Source: Eledone cirrhosa
Lineage: Eukaryota
Reading direction: 5' to 3'
Length of the DNA: 64,000 nucleotides
Assembly (NCBI GenBank): GCA_964016885.1
Contig: OZ024766.1
Location: 7,130,001-7,194,000 of the forward strand
Part shown: in pieces, positions 44,786 to 59,080 of the stretch
Position numbering within the stretch: position 1 is the stretch's first letter
How the letters are laid out: each line of letters starts with the position of its first letter
Notes under the pieces: generated by a model
Seen by the model: the letters and a program-made list of their open reading frames with translations, nothing else
Databases searched by the model: none
What the model was told of the DNA's origin: nothing
Position numbers and translations under genes: made by a program

Positions 44786-44896
44786 GTCAGTTGCTATCAA
44801 TCACTATTGATCGCTATTGATTTCTATTGATTTCTATTGATTTCTACTGATCACCTGATCACTTGTCATCGTTATTTTTGCGTTTGATACTTTTAT

Positions 44897-44994
44897 TGTC
44901 TGTCTCTCTGTCTGTCTGTCTGTCTGCCTCTCTGTCTGTCTGTCTGTCTCTCTGTCTCTCTGTCTGTCTGTCTGCCTCTCTGTCTGTCTGTCTC

Positions 44995-45025
<31 letters not shown>

Positions 45026-45146
45026 GTCTCTCTGTCTGTCTGTCTGTCTCTCTGTCTGTCTGTCTCTCTGTCTCTCTGTCTGTCTCTCTGTCTCTCTGTC
45101 TGTCTGTCTGCCTCTCTGTCTGTCTGTCTCTCTGTCTCTCTGTCTG

Positions 45147-45177
<31 letters not shown>

Positions 45178-45238
45178 GTCTGTCTGTCTGCCTCTCTGTC
45201 TGTCTGTCTCTCTGTCTCTCTGTCTGTCTGTCTGTCTC

Positions 45239-45311
<73 letters not shown>

Positions 45312-45388
45312 GTCTGTCTGTCTGTCTGCCTCTCTGTCTGTCTCTCTGTCTGTCTGTCTGTCTCTCTGTCTGTCTGTCTGTCTGTCTC

Positions 45389-45423
<35 letters not shown>

Positions 45424-45684
45424 GTCTGTCTCTCTGTCTGTCTCTCTGTCTGTCTCTCTGTCTGTCTGTCTGTCTCTCTGTCTGTCTCTCTGTCTGTCTG
45501 TCTGCCTCTCTGTCTGTCTCTCTGTCTGTCTGTCTGTCTCTCTGTCTGTCTGTCTGTCTCTCTGTCTGCCTCTTTGTTTGTCTCTCTGTCTGTCTGTCTG
45601 CCTCTCTGTCTGTCTCTCTGTCTGTCTCTCTGTCTGTCTGTCTGTCTGTCTCTCTGTCTCTCTCTCTGTATGTCTCTCTCTCTC

Positions 45685-45719
<35 letters not shown>

Positions 45720-45748
45720 GTCTGTCTGTCTGTCTCTGTCTGTCTGTC

Positions 45749-45785
<37 letters not shown>
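44897..45785. repeat. (TCTG)n/(CT)n microsatellite
   Basis: About 890 bp of tetranucleotide repeat; source of the TDRQ/LSVC pseudo-ORFs. Confidence 0.95.
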
Positions 45786-45921
45786 TATCCAAATACGACT
45801 TTGTTTGAAATGCAACCCCACCTTCTACCCCCCCCCCCCACATCTCACTAACCCCCCCCCCCCCCCCCATCCCCTCTCCCTCTTTTTGTCTCTCACCCTA
45901 TTTCTCTCTCTGTTTTTTCAG

Positions 45922-46080
45922 GCTGATGTGTTAGGCAGCTGTCTCACCCATTACAAAGTGGACTCTTCCATTCATAACTTCTTCTATGAGATAAACAAGA
46001 CCAAAGACATTGACAGATGTAGCGGTCAGCATCAGTATTACACAGACACAGCCCACTCAGCCTTCTATAGGGACCACACT
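45922..46080 (+). CDS. Large lipid transfer protein exon 4
   Basis: tttcag/gtgagt; (E)ADVLGSCLTHYKV...EINKTKDIDRC, matching the E-x-D-V-x-G-x-C-x-T-x-Y motif. Confidence 0.92.
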
Positions 46081-46157
46081 GTGAGTATGTCTCATTCTAG
46101 TTGCATGCAACAATGTTCTTAGCTTCAGGCTAGCTGTATGATCCTCAATGGTCATTC

Positions 46158-46991
46158 AGATCACAGCTCTGATACTATGGACTTGTAGTTAGAATGTCCC
46201 AGGAAAGAATCTCTGAATTGAGAGATCACAGCTGTGATACTATGGACATGTGGTTAGAATGTCTCAGGAAAGAATCTCTGAATTGAGAGATCACAGCTCT
46301 GATACTACAGACATGTGGTTAGAATGTCCCAGGAAAGAATCTCTGAATTGAGAGATCACAGCTCTGATACTACAGACATGTGGTTAGAATGTCTTAGGAA
46401 AGAATCTCTGAATTGAGAGATCACAGCTCTGATACTACAGACATGTGGTTAGAATGTCCCAGGAAAGAATCTCTGGATTGAGAGACCACAGCTCTGATAC
46501 TACAGACATGTGGTTAGAATGTCTCAGGAAAGAATCTCTGAATTGAGAGATCACAGCTCTGATACTACAGACATGTGGTTAGAATGTCTCAGGAAAGAAT
46601 CTCTGGATTGAGAGATCACAGCTCTGATACTACAGACATGTGGTTAGAATGTCTCAGGAAAGAATCTCTGAATTGAGAGATCACAGCTCTGATACTACAG
46701 ACATGTGGTTAGAATGTCTCAGGAAAGAATCTCTGAATTGAGAGATCACAGCTCTGATACTACAGACATGTGGTTAGAATGTCTTAGGAAAGAATCTCTG
46801 AATTGAGAGATCACAGCTCTGATACTACAGACATGTGGTTAGAATGTCTTAGGAAAGAATCTCTGAATTAAAAGATCACAGCTCTGATACTATGGACATG
46901 TGGTTAGAATGTCTCAGGAAAGAATCTCTGAATTGAGAGATCACAGCTGTGATACTACAGACATGTGGTTAGAATGTCTCAGGAAAGAATC
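46158..46991. repeat. 65-bp LINE-derived minisatellite, about 13 copies (same unit as 27246-28440)
   Basis: tctgaattgagagatcacagctctgatactacagacatgtggttagaatgtctcaggaaagaatc. Confidence 0.93.
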
Positions 46992-47107
46992 ACCAAGTTT
47001 TTGTGCTGTTCCAATTAGAAAACACACCTAGCGTTTAGCCTAGTTTTTCTGCTGTTCTAGTTAGAAAACATACCCAGCATTTAAACCCAGTTTTTGTGCT
47101 GTTCTAG

Positions 47108-47324
47108 GAAGATGACACCCAACCACCACCACCATCTTTAACGAGGGGCAGCCATGTTTGTAAGCAGTCCTTCAGTGGGCGGACTAACACTCTCATCTCT
47201 GCAGACTGTCGACAGTCACATGTATTGAGTCCTTTCTCTCATGGTACCACTGGAGCTTACACCAACCAACAACAGGAGTTACGATTCCTCTCCACCCACA
47301 AAGCTGACACAGCTACTTACCCAG
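47108..47324 (+). CDS. Large lipid transfer protein exon 5 (correct frame not in the ORF track)
   Basis: ttctag/gtaggg; EDDTQPPPPSLTRGSHVCKQSFSGRTNTLISADCRQSHVLSPFSHGTTGAYTNQQQELRFLSTHKADTATYP; phases 0 and 1 fit. Confidence 0.85.
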
Positions 47325-47564
47325 GTAGGGCGAACATTTTTATCGCGTTTTTTTTTTAGTGTGTGTGTGTGTGGGGGGGGGGGGGCTATTCGTTTTCTTT
47401 ATTTCATTTCATTTCATTTTTTCCTCTCGTTTTTCCTTTCATTTTCCTTTCATTTTTCAGTTCATTTTTTCCTTTCATTTTTCCTTTCATTTTTCCTTTT
47501 AATTTAAAAAAAAATTTAATAGCCCTTAGGATGGCATGTTTTCTAAATGGCCTTTCTATAACCA

Positions 47565-47895
47565 ACCACTTTAGAGTGTACTGGGTGTATTTTATCATGA
47601 CACCAACACTACCACTTTAGAGTGTACTGGGTGTATTTTATCATGACACCAGCACTACCACTTTACAGAGTGTACTTGGTGTATTATATCATGACACCAA
47701 CACTACCACTTTACAGAGTGTACTGGGTGTATTTTATCATGACACCAACACCACCACTTTACAGAGTGTACTGGGTGTATTTTATCATGACACCTACACT
47801 ACCACTTTACAGAGTGTACTGGGTGTATTTTATCATGACACCAACACCACCACTTTACAGAGTGTACTGGGTGTATTTTATCATGACACCAACTC
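47565..47895. repeat. 48-bp minisatellite, about 7 copies, SINE-derived
   Basis: accactttacagagtgtactgggtgtattttatcatgacaccaacact. Confidence 0.9.
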
Positions 47896-47997
47896 TTCCC
47901 AAACCCTTGCTTGGGAAGGTTTCTGTAACTGGATAACCTTCATAACTATTGTTGTTGTTACTGTTGGTTTTTTTTCTTTTCTTTCCCTTATTTCCAG

Positions 47998-48256
47998 CTA
48001 AGGGGTCAAAGAAAACGACCCTGATGTTCCAGTACCGTTTCTACCCGCCGACCATAGACAAGAAGTCCTTCAGCAAGTCTCTCAGCATCCTGAAAGATCT
48101 GTGCACCAACTACAATGCCGACGTAAGACCAGCTGTTCCGGAACTTCTCGGGGTCCTTGCGGCTGCCCTGCGTCCGACAGACATGTCCGACATGCTAAAG
48201 ATCTATGACCGGGTTACCGACCCCAGGTTCTGTCCTGGTAGCACGGATCGGATAAG
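47998..48256 (+). CDS. Large lipid transfer protein exon 6
   Basis: ttccag/gtaggg; AKGSKKTTLMFQY...LKDLCTNYNADVRPAVPELLGVLAAALR...RFCPGSTDRIR; phases 1 and 2 fit. Confidence 0.88.
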
Positions 48257-48284
48257 GTAGGGTCTCCAATCCAGTCCAGTCCCA

Positions 48285-51200
48285 TATAGTGTATATATAG
48301 AGTATATGTAGAGAGTGTATATATGCAGTATACAGTGTATATATAGAGTATATGTAGAGAGTGTATATATGCAGTATGCAGTGTATATATAGAGTATATG
48401 TAGAGAGTGTATATATGCAGTATGCAGTGTATATGTAGAGAGTGTATATATGCAGTATACAGTGTATATATAGAGTATATGTAGAGAGTGTATATATGCA
48501 GTATGCAGTGTATATATACATTATATGTACAGAGTGTATATATGCAGTATACAGTGTATATATAGAGTATATGTAGAGAGTGTATATATGCAGTATGCAG
48601 TGTATATATAGAGTATATGTAGAGAGTGTATATATGCAGTATACAGTGTATATATAGAGTATATGTAGAGAGTGTATATATGCAGTATACAGTGTATATA
48701 TAGAGTATATGTAGAGAGTGTATATATGCAGTATACAGTGTATATATAGAGTATATGTACAGAGTGTATATATGCAGTATACAGTGTATATATAGAGTAT
48801 ATGTAGAGAGTGTATATATGCAGTATACAGTGTATATATAGAGTATATGTACAGAGTGTATATATGCAGTATACAGTGTATATATAGAGTATATGTAGAG
48901 AGTGTATATATGCAGTATACAGTGTATATATACATTATATGTACAGAGTGTATATATGCAGTATACAGTGTATATATAGAGTATATGTAGAGAGTGTATA
49001 TATGCAGTATACAGTGTATATATACATTATATGTACAGAGTGTATATATGCAGTATGCAGTGTATATATAGAGTATATGTAGAGAGTGTATATATGCAGT
49101 ATACAGTGTATATATACATTATATGTACAGAGTGTATATATGCAGTATGCAGTGTATATATAGAGTATATGTAGAGAGTGTATATATGCAGTATACAGTG
49201 TATATATACATTATATGTACAGAGTGTATATATGCAGTATACAGTGTATATATAGAGTATATGTAGAGAGTGTATATATGCAGTATACAGTGTATATATA
49301 GAGTATATGTAGAGAGTGTATATATGCAGTATGCAGTGTATATGTAGAGAGTGTATATATGCAGTATACAGTGTATATATAGAGTATATGTACAGAGTGT
49401 ATATATGCAGTATACAGTGTATATATAGAGTATATGTAGAGAGTGTATATATGCAGTATACAGTGTATATATAGAGTATATGTAGAGAGTGTATATATGC
49501 AGTATGCAGTGTATATGTAGAGAGTGTATATATGCAGTATTATATGTACAGAGTGTATATATGCAGTATGCAGTGTATATATAGAGTATATGTAGAGAGT
49601 GTATATATGCAGTATGCAGTGTATATATAGAGTATATGTAGAGAGTGTATATATGCAGTATGCAGTGTATATATACATTATATGTACAGAGTGTATATAT
49701 GCAGTATGCAGTGTATATATAGAGTATATGTAGAGAGTGTATATATGCAGTATGCAGTGTATATATACATTATATGTACAGAGTGTATATATGCAGTATA
49801 CAGTGTATATATAGAGTATATGTAGAGAGTGTATATATGCAGTATGCAGTGTATATATAGAGTATATGTAGAGTGTATATATGCAGTATGCAGTGTATAT
49901 ATACATTATATGTAGAGAGTGTATATATGCAGTATGCAGTGTATATATACATTATATGTACAGAGTGTATATATGCAGTATGCAGTGTATATATAGAGTA
50001 TATGTAGAGAGTGTATATATGCAGTATGCAGTGTATATATAGAGTATATGTAGAGTGTATATATGCAGTATGCAGTGTATATATACATTATATGTAGAGA
50101 GTGTATATATGCAGTATGCAGTGTATATATACATTATATGTACAGAGTGTATATATGCAGTATGCAGTGTATATATAGAGTATATGTAGAGAGTGTATAT
50201 ATGCAGTATGCAGTGTATATATAGAGTATATGTAGAGAGTGTATATATGCAGTATGCAGTGTATATATAGAGTATATGTAGAGAGTGTATATATGCAGTA
50301 TGCAGTGTATATATACATTATATGTACAGAGTGTATATATGCAGTATGCAGTGTATATATAGAGTATATGTAGAGAGTGTATATATGCAGTATACAGTGT
50401 ATATATAGAGTATATGTAGAGAGTGTATATATGCAGTATGCAGTGTATATATAGAGTATATGTAGAGAGTGTATATATGCAGTATGCAGTGTATATGTAG
50501 AGAGTGTATATATGCAGTATACAGTGTATATATAGAGTATATGTACAGAGTGTATATATGCAGTATACAGTGTATATATAGAGTATATGTAGAGAGTGTA
50601 TATATGCAGTATACAGTGTATATATAGAGTATATGTAGAGAGTGTATATATGCAGTATGCAGTGTATATGTAGAGAGTGTATATATGCAGTATGCAGTGT
50701 ATATATACATTATATGTACAGAGTGTATATATGCAGTATACAGTGTATATATAGAGTATATGTAGAGAGTGTATATATGCAGTATGCAGTGTATATATAG
50801 AGTATATGTAGAGAGTGTATATATGCAGTATGCAGTGTATATGTAGAGAGTGTATATATGCAGTATGCAGTGTATATATACATTATATGTACAGAGTGTA
50901 TATATGCAGTATACAGTGTATATATACATTATATGTACAGAGTGTATATATGCAGTATACAGTGTATATATAGAGTATATGTAGAGAGTGTATATATGCA
51001 GTATGCAGTGTATATATACATTATATGTACAGAGTGTATATATGCAGTATACAGTGTATATATAGAGTATATGTAGAGAGTGTATATATGCAGTATGCAG
51101 TGTATATATACATTATATGTACAGAGTGTATATATGCAGTATACAGTGTATATATAGAGTATATGTAGAGAGTGTATATATGCAGTATACAGTGTATATA

Positions 51201-54200
51201 TAGAGTATATGTAGAGAGTGTATATATGCAGTATGCAGTGTATATATAGAGTATATGTAGAGAGTGTATATATGCAGTATACAGTGTATATATAGAGTAT
51301 ATGTAGAGAGTGTATATATGCAGTATACAGTGTATATATAGAGTATATGTAGAGAGTGTATATATGCAGTATGCAGTGTATATATACATTATATGTACAG
51401 AGTGTATATATGCAGTATACAGTGTATATATAGAGTATATGTAGAGAGTGTATATATGCAGTATACAGTGTATATATAGAGTATATGTAGAGAGTGTATA
51501 TATGCAGTATGCAGTGTATATATACATTATATGTACAGAGTGTATATATGCAGTATACAGTGTATATATAGAGTATATGTAGAGAGTGTATATATGCAGT
51601 ATGCAGTGTATATATACATTATATGTACAGAGTGTATATATGCAGTATACAGTGTATATATAGAGTATATGTAGAGAGTCTATATATGCAGTATACAGTG
51701 TATATATAGAGTATATGTAGAGAGTGTATATATGCAGTATGCAGTGTATATATACATTATATGTACAGAGTGTATATATGCAGTATACAGTGTATATATA
51801 GAGTATATGTAGAGAGTGTATATATGCAGTATGCAGTGTATATATAGAGTATATGTAGAGAGTGTATATATGCAGTATACAGTGTATATATACATTATAT
51901 GTACAGAGTGTATATATGCAGTATACAGTGTATATATAGAGTATATGTAGAGAGTGTATATATGCAGTATGCAGTGTATATATACATTATATGTAGAGAG
52001 TGTATATATGCAGTATACAGTGTATATATAGAGTATATGTAGAGAGTGTATATATGCAGTATGCAGTGTATATATACATTATATGTACAGAGTGTATATA
52101 TGCAGTATACAGTGTATATATAGAGTATATGTAGAGAGTGTATATATGCAGTATGCAGTGTATATATACATTATATGTACAGAGTGTATATATGCAGTAT
52201 ACAGTGTATATATAGAGTATATGTAGAGAGTGTATATATGCAGTATGCAGTGTATATATACATTATATGTACAGAGTGTATATATGCAGTATGCAGTGTA
52301 TATATACATTATATGTACAGAGTGTATATATGCAGTATACAGTGTATATATAGAGTATATGTAGAGAGTGTATATATGCAGTATGCAGTGTATATATACA
52401 TTATATGTACAGAGTGTATATATGCAGTATACAGTGTATATATAGAGTATATGTAGAGAGTGTATATATGCAGTATACAGTGTATATATAGAGTATATGT
52501 AGAGAGTGTATATATGCAGTATGCAGTGTATATATAGAGTATATGTAGAGAGTGTATATATGCAGTATGCAGTGTATATATACATTATATGTACAGAGTG
52601 TATATATGCAGTATACAGTGTATATATAGAGTATATGTAGAGAGTGTATATATGCAGTATGCAGTGTATATATACATTATATGTACAGAGTGTATATATG
52701 CAGTATACAGTGTATATATAGAGTATATGTAGAGAGTGTATATATGCAGTATGCAGTGTATATATACATTATATGTAGAGAGTGTATATATGCAGTATAC
52801 AGTGTATATATAGAGTATATGTACAGAGTGTATATATGCAGTATGCAGTGTATATATAGAGTATATGTAGAGAGTGTATATATGCAGTATGCAGTGTATA
52901 TATACATTATATGTACAGAGTGTATATATGCAGTATACAGTGTATATATAGAGTATATGTAGAGAGTGTATATATGCAGTATGCAGTGTATATATACATT
53001 ATATGTACAGAGTGTATATATGCAGTATACAGTGTATATATAGAGTATATGTAGAGAGTGTATATATGCAGTATGCAGTGTATATATACATTATATGTAC
53101 AGAGTGTATATATGCAGTATACAGTGTATATATAGAGTATATGTAGAGAGTGTATATATGCAGTATGCAGTGTATATATACATTATATGTACAGAGTGTA
53201 TATATGCAGTATACAGTGTATATATAGAGTATATGTAGAGAGTGTATATATGCAGTATGCAGTGTATATATACATTATATGTACAGAGTGTATATATGCA
53301 GTATACAGTGTATATATAGAGTATATGTAGAGAGTGTATATATGCAGTATGCAGTGTATATATACATTATATGTACAGAGTGTATATATGCAGTATACAG
53401 TGTATATATAGAGTATATATGCAGTATACAGTGTATATATAGAGTATATGTACAGAGTGTATATATGCAGTATACAGTGTATATATAGAGTATATGTAGA
53501 GAGTGTATATATGCAGTATACAGTGTATATATAGAGTATATGTAGAGAGTGTATATATGCAGTATACAGTGTATATATAGAGTATATGTAGAGAGTGTAT
53601 ATATGCAGTATGCAGTGTATATATAGAGTATATGTAGAGAGTGTATATATGCAGTATGCAGTGTATATATACATTATATGTACAGAGTGTATATATGCAG
53701 TATACAGTGTATATATAGAGTATATGTAGAGAGTGTATATATGCAGTATGCAGTGTATATATAGAGTATATGTAGAGAGTGTATATATGCAGTATGCAGT
53801 GTATATATACATTATATGTACAGAGTGTATATATGCAGTATACAGTGTATATATAGAGTATATGTAGAGAGTGTATATATGCAGTATGCAGTGTATATAT
53901 ACATTATATGTACAGAGTGTATATATGCAGTATACAGTGTATATATAGAGTATATGTAGAGAGTGTATATATGCAGTATGCAGTGTATATATACATTATA
54001 TGTACAGAGTGTATATATGCAGTATACAGTGTATATATAGAGTATATGTAGAGAGTGTATATATGCAGTATGCAGTGTATATATACATTATATGTACAGA
54101 GTGTATATATGCAGTATACAGTGTATATATAGAGTATATGTAGAGAGTGTATATATGCAGTATGCAGTGTATATATACATTATATGTACAGAGTGTATAT

Positions 54201-56030
54201 ATGCAGTATACAGTGTATATATAGAGTATATGTAGAGAGTGTATATATGCAGTATGCAGTGTATATATACATTATATGTACAGAGTGTATATATGCAGTA
54301 TACAGTGTATATATAGAGTATATGTAGAGAGTGTATATATGCAGTATGCAGTGTATATATACATTATATGTACAGAGTGTATATATGCAGTATACAGTGT
54401 ATATATAGAGTATATGTAGAGAGTGTATATATGCAGTATGCAGTGTATATATACATTATATGTACAGAGTGTATATATGCAGTATACAGTGTATATATAG
54501 AGTATATGTAGAGAGTGTATATATGCAGTATGCAGTGTATATATACATTATATGTACAGAGTGTATATATGCAGTATACAGTGTATATATAGAGTATATG
54601 TAGAGAGTGTATATATGCAGTATGCAGTGTATATATACATTATATGTACAGAGTGTATATATGCAGTATACAGTGTATATATAGAGTATATGTAGAGAGT
54701 GTATATATGCAGTATGCAGTGTATATATACATTATATGTACAGAGTGTATATATGCAGTATACAGTGTATATATAGAGTATATGTAGAGAGTGTATATAT
54801 GCAGTATGCAGTGTATATATACATTATATGTACAGAGTGTATATATGCAGTATACAGTGTATATATAGAGTATATGTAGAGAGTGTATATATGCAGTATG
54901 CAGTGTATATATACATTATATGTACAGAGTGTATATATGCAGTATACAGTGTATATATAGAGTATATGTAGAGAGTGTATATATGCAGTATGCAGTGTAT
55001 ATATACATTATATGTACAGAGTGTATATATGCAGTATACAGTGTATATATAGAGTATATGTAGAGAGTATATATATGCAGTATGCAGTGTATATATACAT
55101 TATATGTACAGAGTGTATATATGCAGTATACAGTGTATATATAGAGTATATGTAGAGAGTGTATATATGCAGTATGCAGTGTATATATACATTATATGTA
55201 CAGAGTGTATATATGCAGTATACAGTGTATATATAGAGTATATGTAGAGAGTGTATATATGCAGTATGCAGTGTATATATACATTATATGTACAGAGTGT
55301 ATATATGCAGTATACAGTGTATATATACATTATATGTACAGAGTGTATATATGCAGTATGCAGTGTATATATACATTATATGTACAGAGTGTATATATGC
55401 AGTATACAGTGTATATATAGAGTATATGTAGAGAGTGTATATATGCAGTATGCAGTGTATATATACATTATATGTACAGAGTGTATATATGCAGTATACA
55501 GTGTATATATACATTATATGTACAGAGTGTATATATGCAGTATGCAGTGTATATATACATTATATGTACAGAGTGTATATATGCAGTATACAGTGTATAT
55601 ATAGAGTATATGTAGAGAGTGTATATATACATTATATGTACAGAGTGTATATATGCAGTATGCAGTGTATATATACATTATATGTACAGAGTGTATATAT
55701 GCAGTATACAGTGTATATATAGAGTATATGTAGAGAGTGTATATATGCAGTATGCAGTGTATATATACATTATATGTACAGAGTGTATATATGCAGTATA
55801 CAGTGTATATATAGAGTATATGTAGAGAGTGTATATATGCAGTATGCAGTGTATATATACATTATATGTACAGAGTGTATATATGCAGTATACAGTGTAT
55901 ATATAGAGTATATGTAGAGAGTGTATATATGCAGTATGCAGTGTATATATACATTATATGTACAGAGTGTATATATGCAGTATACAGTGTATATATAGAG
56001 TATATGTACAGAGTGTATATATGCAGTATA
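48285..56030. repeat. 46-bp satellite (about 168 copies, 7.7 kb) with a 92-bp dimeric higher-order segment
   Basis: gtgtatatat(agagtatatgtagaga|acattatatgtacaga)gtgtatatatgcagtat(a/g)ca. Confidence 0.95.
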
Positions 56031-56369
56031 TTTTAAGCCTGGCAGAGCCCTTTCCTCTCCAGACCCAAGTACAGCAGATTTCTTCCAGAGAAAGATAGAA
56101 AGTGAGAAAGAGATATAGAGGGAGATTCGACCCCAAGTATTTGACTGGTACTTTTTTTATTGACTTCAAAAGATAGAAAGGAATTAAGAAAGAGATATAG
56201 AGGGAGATTCGAGACCCCAGTATTTGACTGGTACTTTTTTTATTGACCTCGAAAGGATAAAAGGCTTAGTTGACCTCAGCAAGATTTGAACTGAGAGAGC
56301 AGAGCCGGAACGAATACCACTAAGCATTCTATCTGACGTTCTAACGACTCTGTCACCTGATTAAAAACA

Positions 56370-57100
56370 GCTTAGTGGTAAAGAGTATTGGGCTTGAAAT
56401 GATGAGTTTGTGAGTTCAATTCCCAGACCAGGTGTGTTCAATTCCCAGACCAGGTGTGTTCAATCCCAGACCAGGTGTGTTCAATCCCCAGACTATGTGA
56501 GTTCAATAACCAGACTATGTGAGTTCAATAACCAGACTATGTGAGTTCAATAACCAGACTATGTGAGTTCAATAACCAGACTATGTGAGTTCAATCCCCA
56601 GACTGTGAGTTCAATCCCCAGACTATGTGAGTTCAATCCCCAGACTATGTGAGTTCAATCCCCAGACTATGTGAGTTCAATCCCCAGACTATGTGAGTTC
56701 AATCCCCAGACTATGTGAGTTCAAATCCCAGACCAGGTGAGTTCAGTTCCCAGACTGTGTGAGTTCAATCCCCAGACTATGTGAGTTCAATCCCCAGACT
56801 ATGTGAGTTCAATCCCCAGACTATGTGAGTTCAATCCCCAGACTATGTGAGTTCAATCCCCAGACTATGTGAGTTCAATCCCCAGACTATGTGAGTTCAA
56901 TCCCCAGACTATGTGAGTTCAATCCCCAGACTATGTGAGTTTAATCCCCAGACCAGGTGAGTTCAATCCCCAGACTAGGTGAGTTCAATCCCCAGACTAG
57001 GTGAGTTTAATCCCCAGACCAGGTGAGTTTAATCCCCAGACCAGGTGAGTTCAATCCCCAGACCAGGTGAGTTCAATCCCCAGACCAGGTGAGTTCAGTT
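56370..57100 (+). repeat. SINE head followed by an array of about 30 copies of a 22-bp B-box-containing unit
   Basis: gcttagtggtaaagag (A box-like), then (gtgagttcaatccccagactat)n. Confidence 0.88.
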
Positions 57101-57144
57101 CCTAGCACCGTGTGGCTTTAATCAGAGAATGTCTTCTGTTTCAG

Positions 57145-57310
57145 ACAATATTTCCTGGACACAGTTCCGATGTCCCAGACATTGGAATCAGTTAAAACAA
57201 TGGCAGCCTTGATCTCCAGACAAACTGTGAGAGGTGTTGATGCTGTGTTGTGGCTGTCATCCCTCTCCTTCTTATCTCAACCTTCCAAACAGATGCTCAC
57301 TGCTTCTCTT
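57145..57310 (+). CDS. Large lipid transfer protein exon 7
   Basis: tttcag/gtaagt; RQYFLDTVPMSQTLESVKTMAALISRQTVRGVDAVLWLSSLSFLSQPSKQMLTASL (helical domain, FLD motif). Confidence 0.9.
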
Positions 57311-57780
57311 GTAAGTATCATAGTTAAACTCACACTCAAAGCCTCACTCACATCAACCCCTCACTCACACTCGACGTCTCATTCACACTCAACCTTTCTC
57401 ACGCAAAGCCTCACTCGCATCAACCCTTCACTCACACTCGACATCTCACTCACACTCGACGTCTCACTCACAACTCAACCTTTCTCACGCAAAGCCTCAC
57501 CCGCATCAACCCTTCACTCACACTTGACGTCTCACTCACACTCAACCTTTCTCACTCAAAGCATCACTCACATCAACCCTTCACTCACACTTGACATCTC
57601 ACTCACACTCAACCTTTCTCACACAAAGCCTCACTCGCATCAACCCTTCACTCACACTCAACCCTTCACTCACACTCAACCCTTCACACGCACCCAACCC
57701 TTCACTCCCACCCAACCCTTCAACTCCCACTCAACCCTTCAACTCGCACTCAAGCTCTCACTCTCACTCTCACTCAACAG

Positions 57781-58227
57781 GCTCTACTCCGCATGAACGA
57801 AGAAGACCGGCCCGAGAACACAGTCCTGGCGCTCTCCTCCCTCGTGCACAACTACTGCCACCGCCGCCGCGGCCAGGCTGCAGCAACGCTGCGGCGTCGG
57901 CGTCGCGGCGGGGCGGGCGACGGGCGGAGAGGGGGCGGGGGGCGGCCCCTGCCTACGCGAGCCGGCCGTCGACGCCTTCCTGCGGCAGCTGGAGGTCGCC
58001 ATTGCCGGGGACGGGCCCCTGGAGGGGGACAGCTGCAGCCACAGCGGCGGCGGAGAGGGCACGGCGAAGCGGGCGAGGGCCGTTGTGGCACTGAGGGCCG
58101 TGGGTAACCTCGGGCACGTGCCCAAGCTCCTTGCCCGGGTCACCGAGTGTTTCAGAAGGAGGGCCAACCCCACTGCGATACGAGTTGCGGCCCTGCAGTC
58201 CTGAGGCGCAGACGCTGCGGTGCAACG
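57781..58227 (+). CDS. Large lipid transfer protein exon 8, GC-rich, with two compensating frameshifts as assembled
   Basis: caacag acceptor; ALLRMNEEDRPENTVLALSSLVHNYC, then in the +1 frame PCLREPAVDAFLRQLE...VVALRAVGNLGH...TECFRRRANPTAIRVAALQS, then back to LRRRRCGAT|gtgcgt. Confidence 0.75.
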
Positions 58228-58308
58228 GTGCGTTTGGTGTTTATTTGTTTCTGTTTCTTCACACACACACACACGCATATATACACACACACCACACACA
58301 CACGCACG

Positions 58309-58346
<38 letters not shown>

Positions 58347-58367
58347 CACACACACATATATATATAA

Positions 58368-58399
<32 letters not shown>

Positions 58400-58431
58400 G
58401 TATGTATACACACACACACACATATATATAT

Positions 58432-58468
<37 letters not shown>

Positions 58469-58477
58469 CGTATGTAT

Positions 58478-58571
<94 letters not shown>

Positions 58572-58581
58572 GTCTATGTAT

Positions 58582-58620
<39 letters not shown>

Positions 58621-58721
58621 CACACACATATATATTTGTATGTATACACACACACACACATATATATACACACACATATACACACATATATATATACACA
58701 CATATATATATATATACACTA

Positions 58722-58749
<28 letters not shown>

Positions 58750-58752
<3 letters not shown>

Positions 58753-59080
58753 ATATATAAGAACAAAAGATGGTTAAAAGAGTTCCATGTATTTTATTAT
58801 GCGCATTTCAAAAACAAATATCATCATGCAATAACATTTGTGTTTTCATCAGATAAAACAGGAGAACATGATATGAAGGTTAAAAATACACTTGTGAATA
58901 GTGCAGTTTTAAATCAACATTAAATCAACTGCACTATCCACAAGTGTTCTTTAACCTTCATATCATGTCTTCCTATTTTATCTGATGAAAACACAAATAT
59001 TATTGCATGATGATGTTTGTTTTTGAAATGCGCATAATAAAATATATTGAACTCCTTTAACCATCTTTTGTTCTTATATA

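Noticed and set aside
44859-46122. TDRQ/LSVC ORFs of 320-419 aa
   Set aside because: (TCTG)n microsatellite; only 45922-46080 is a real exon.
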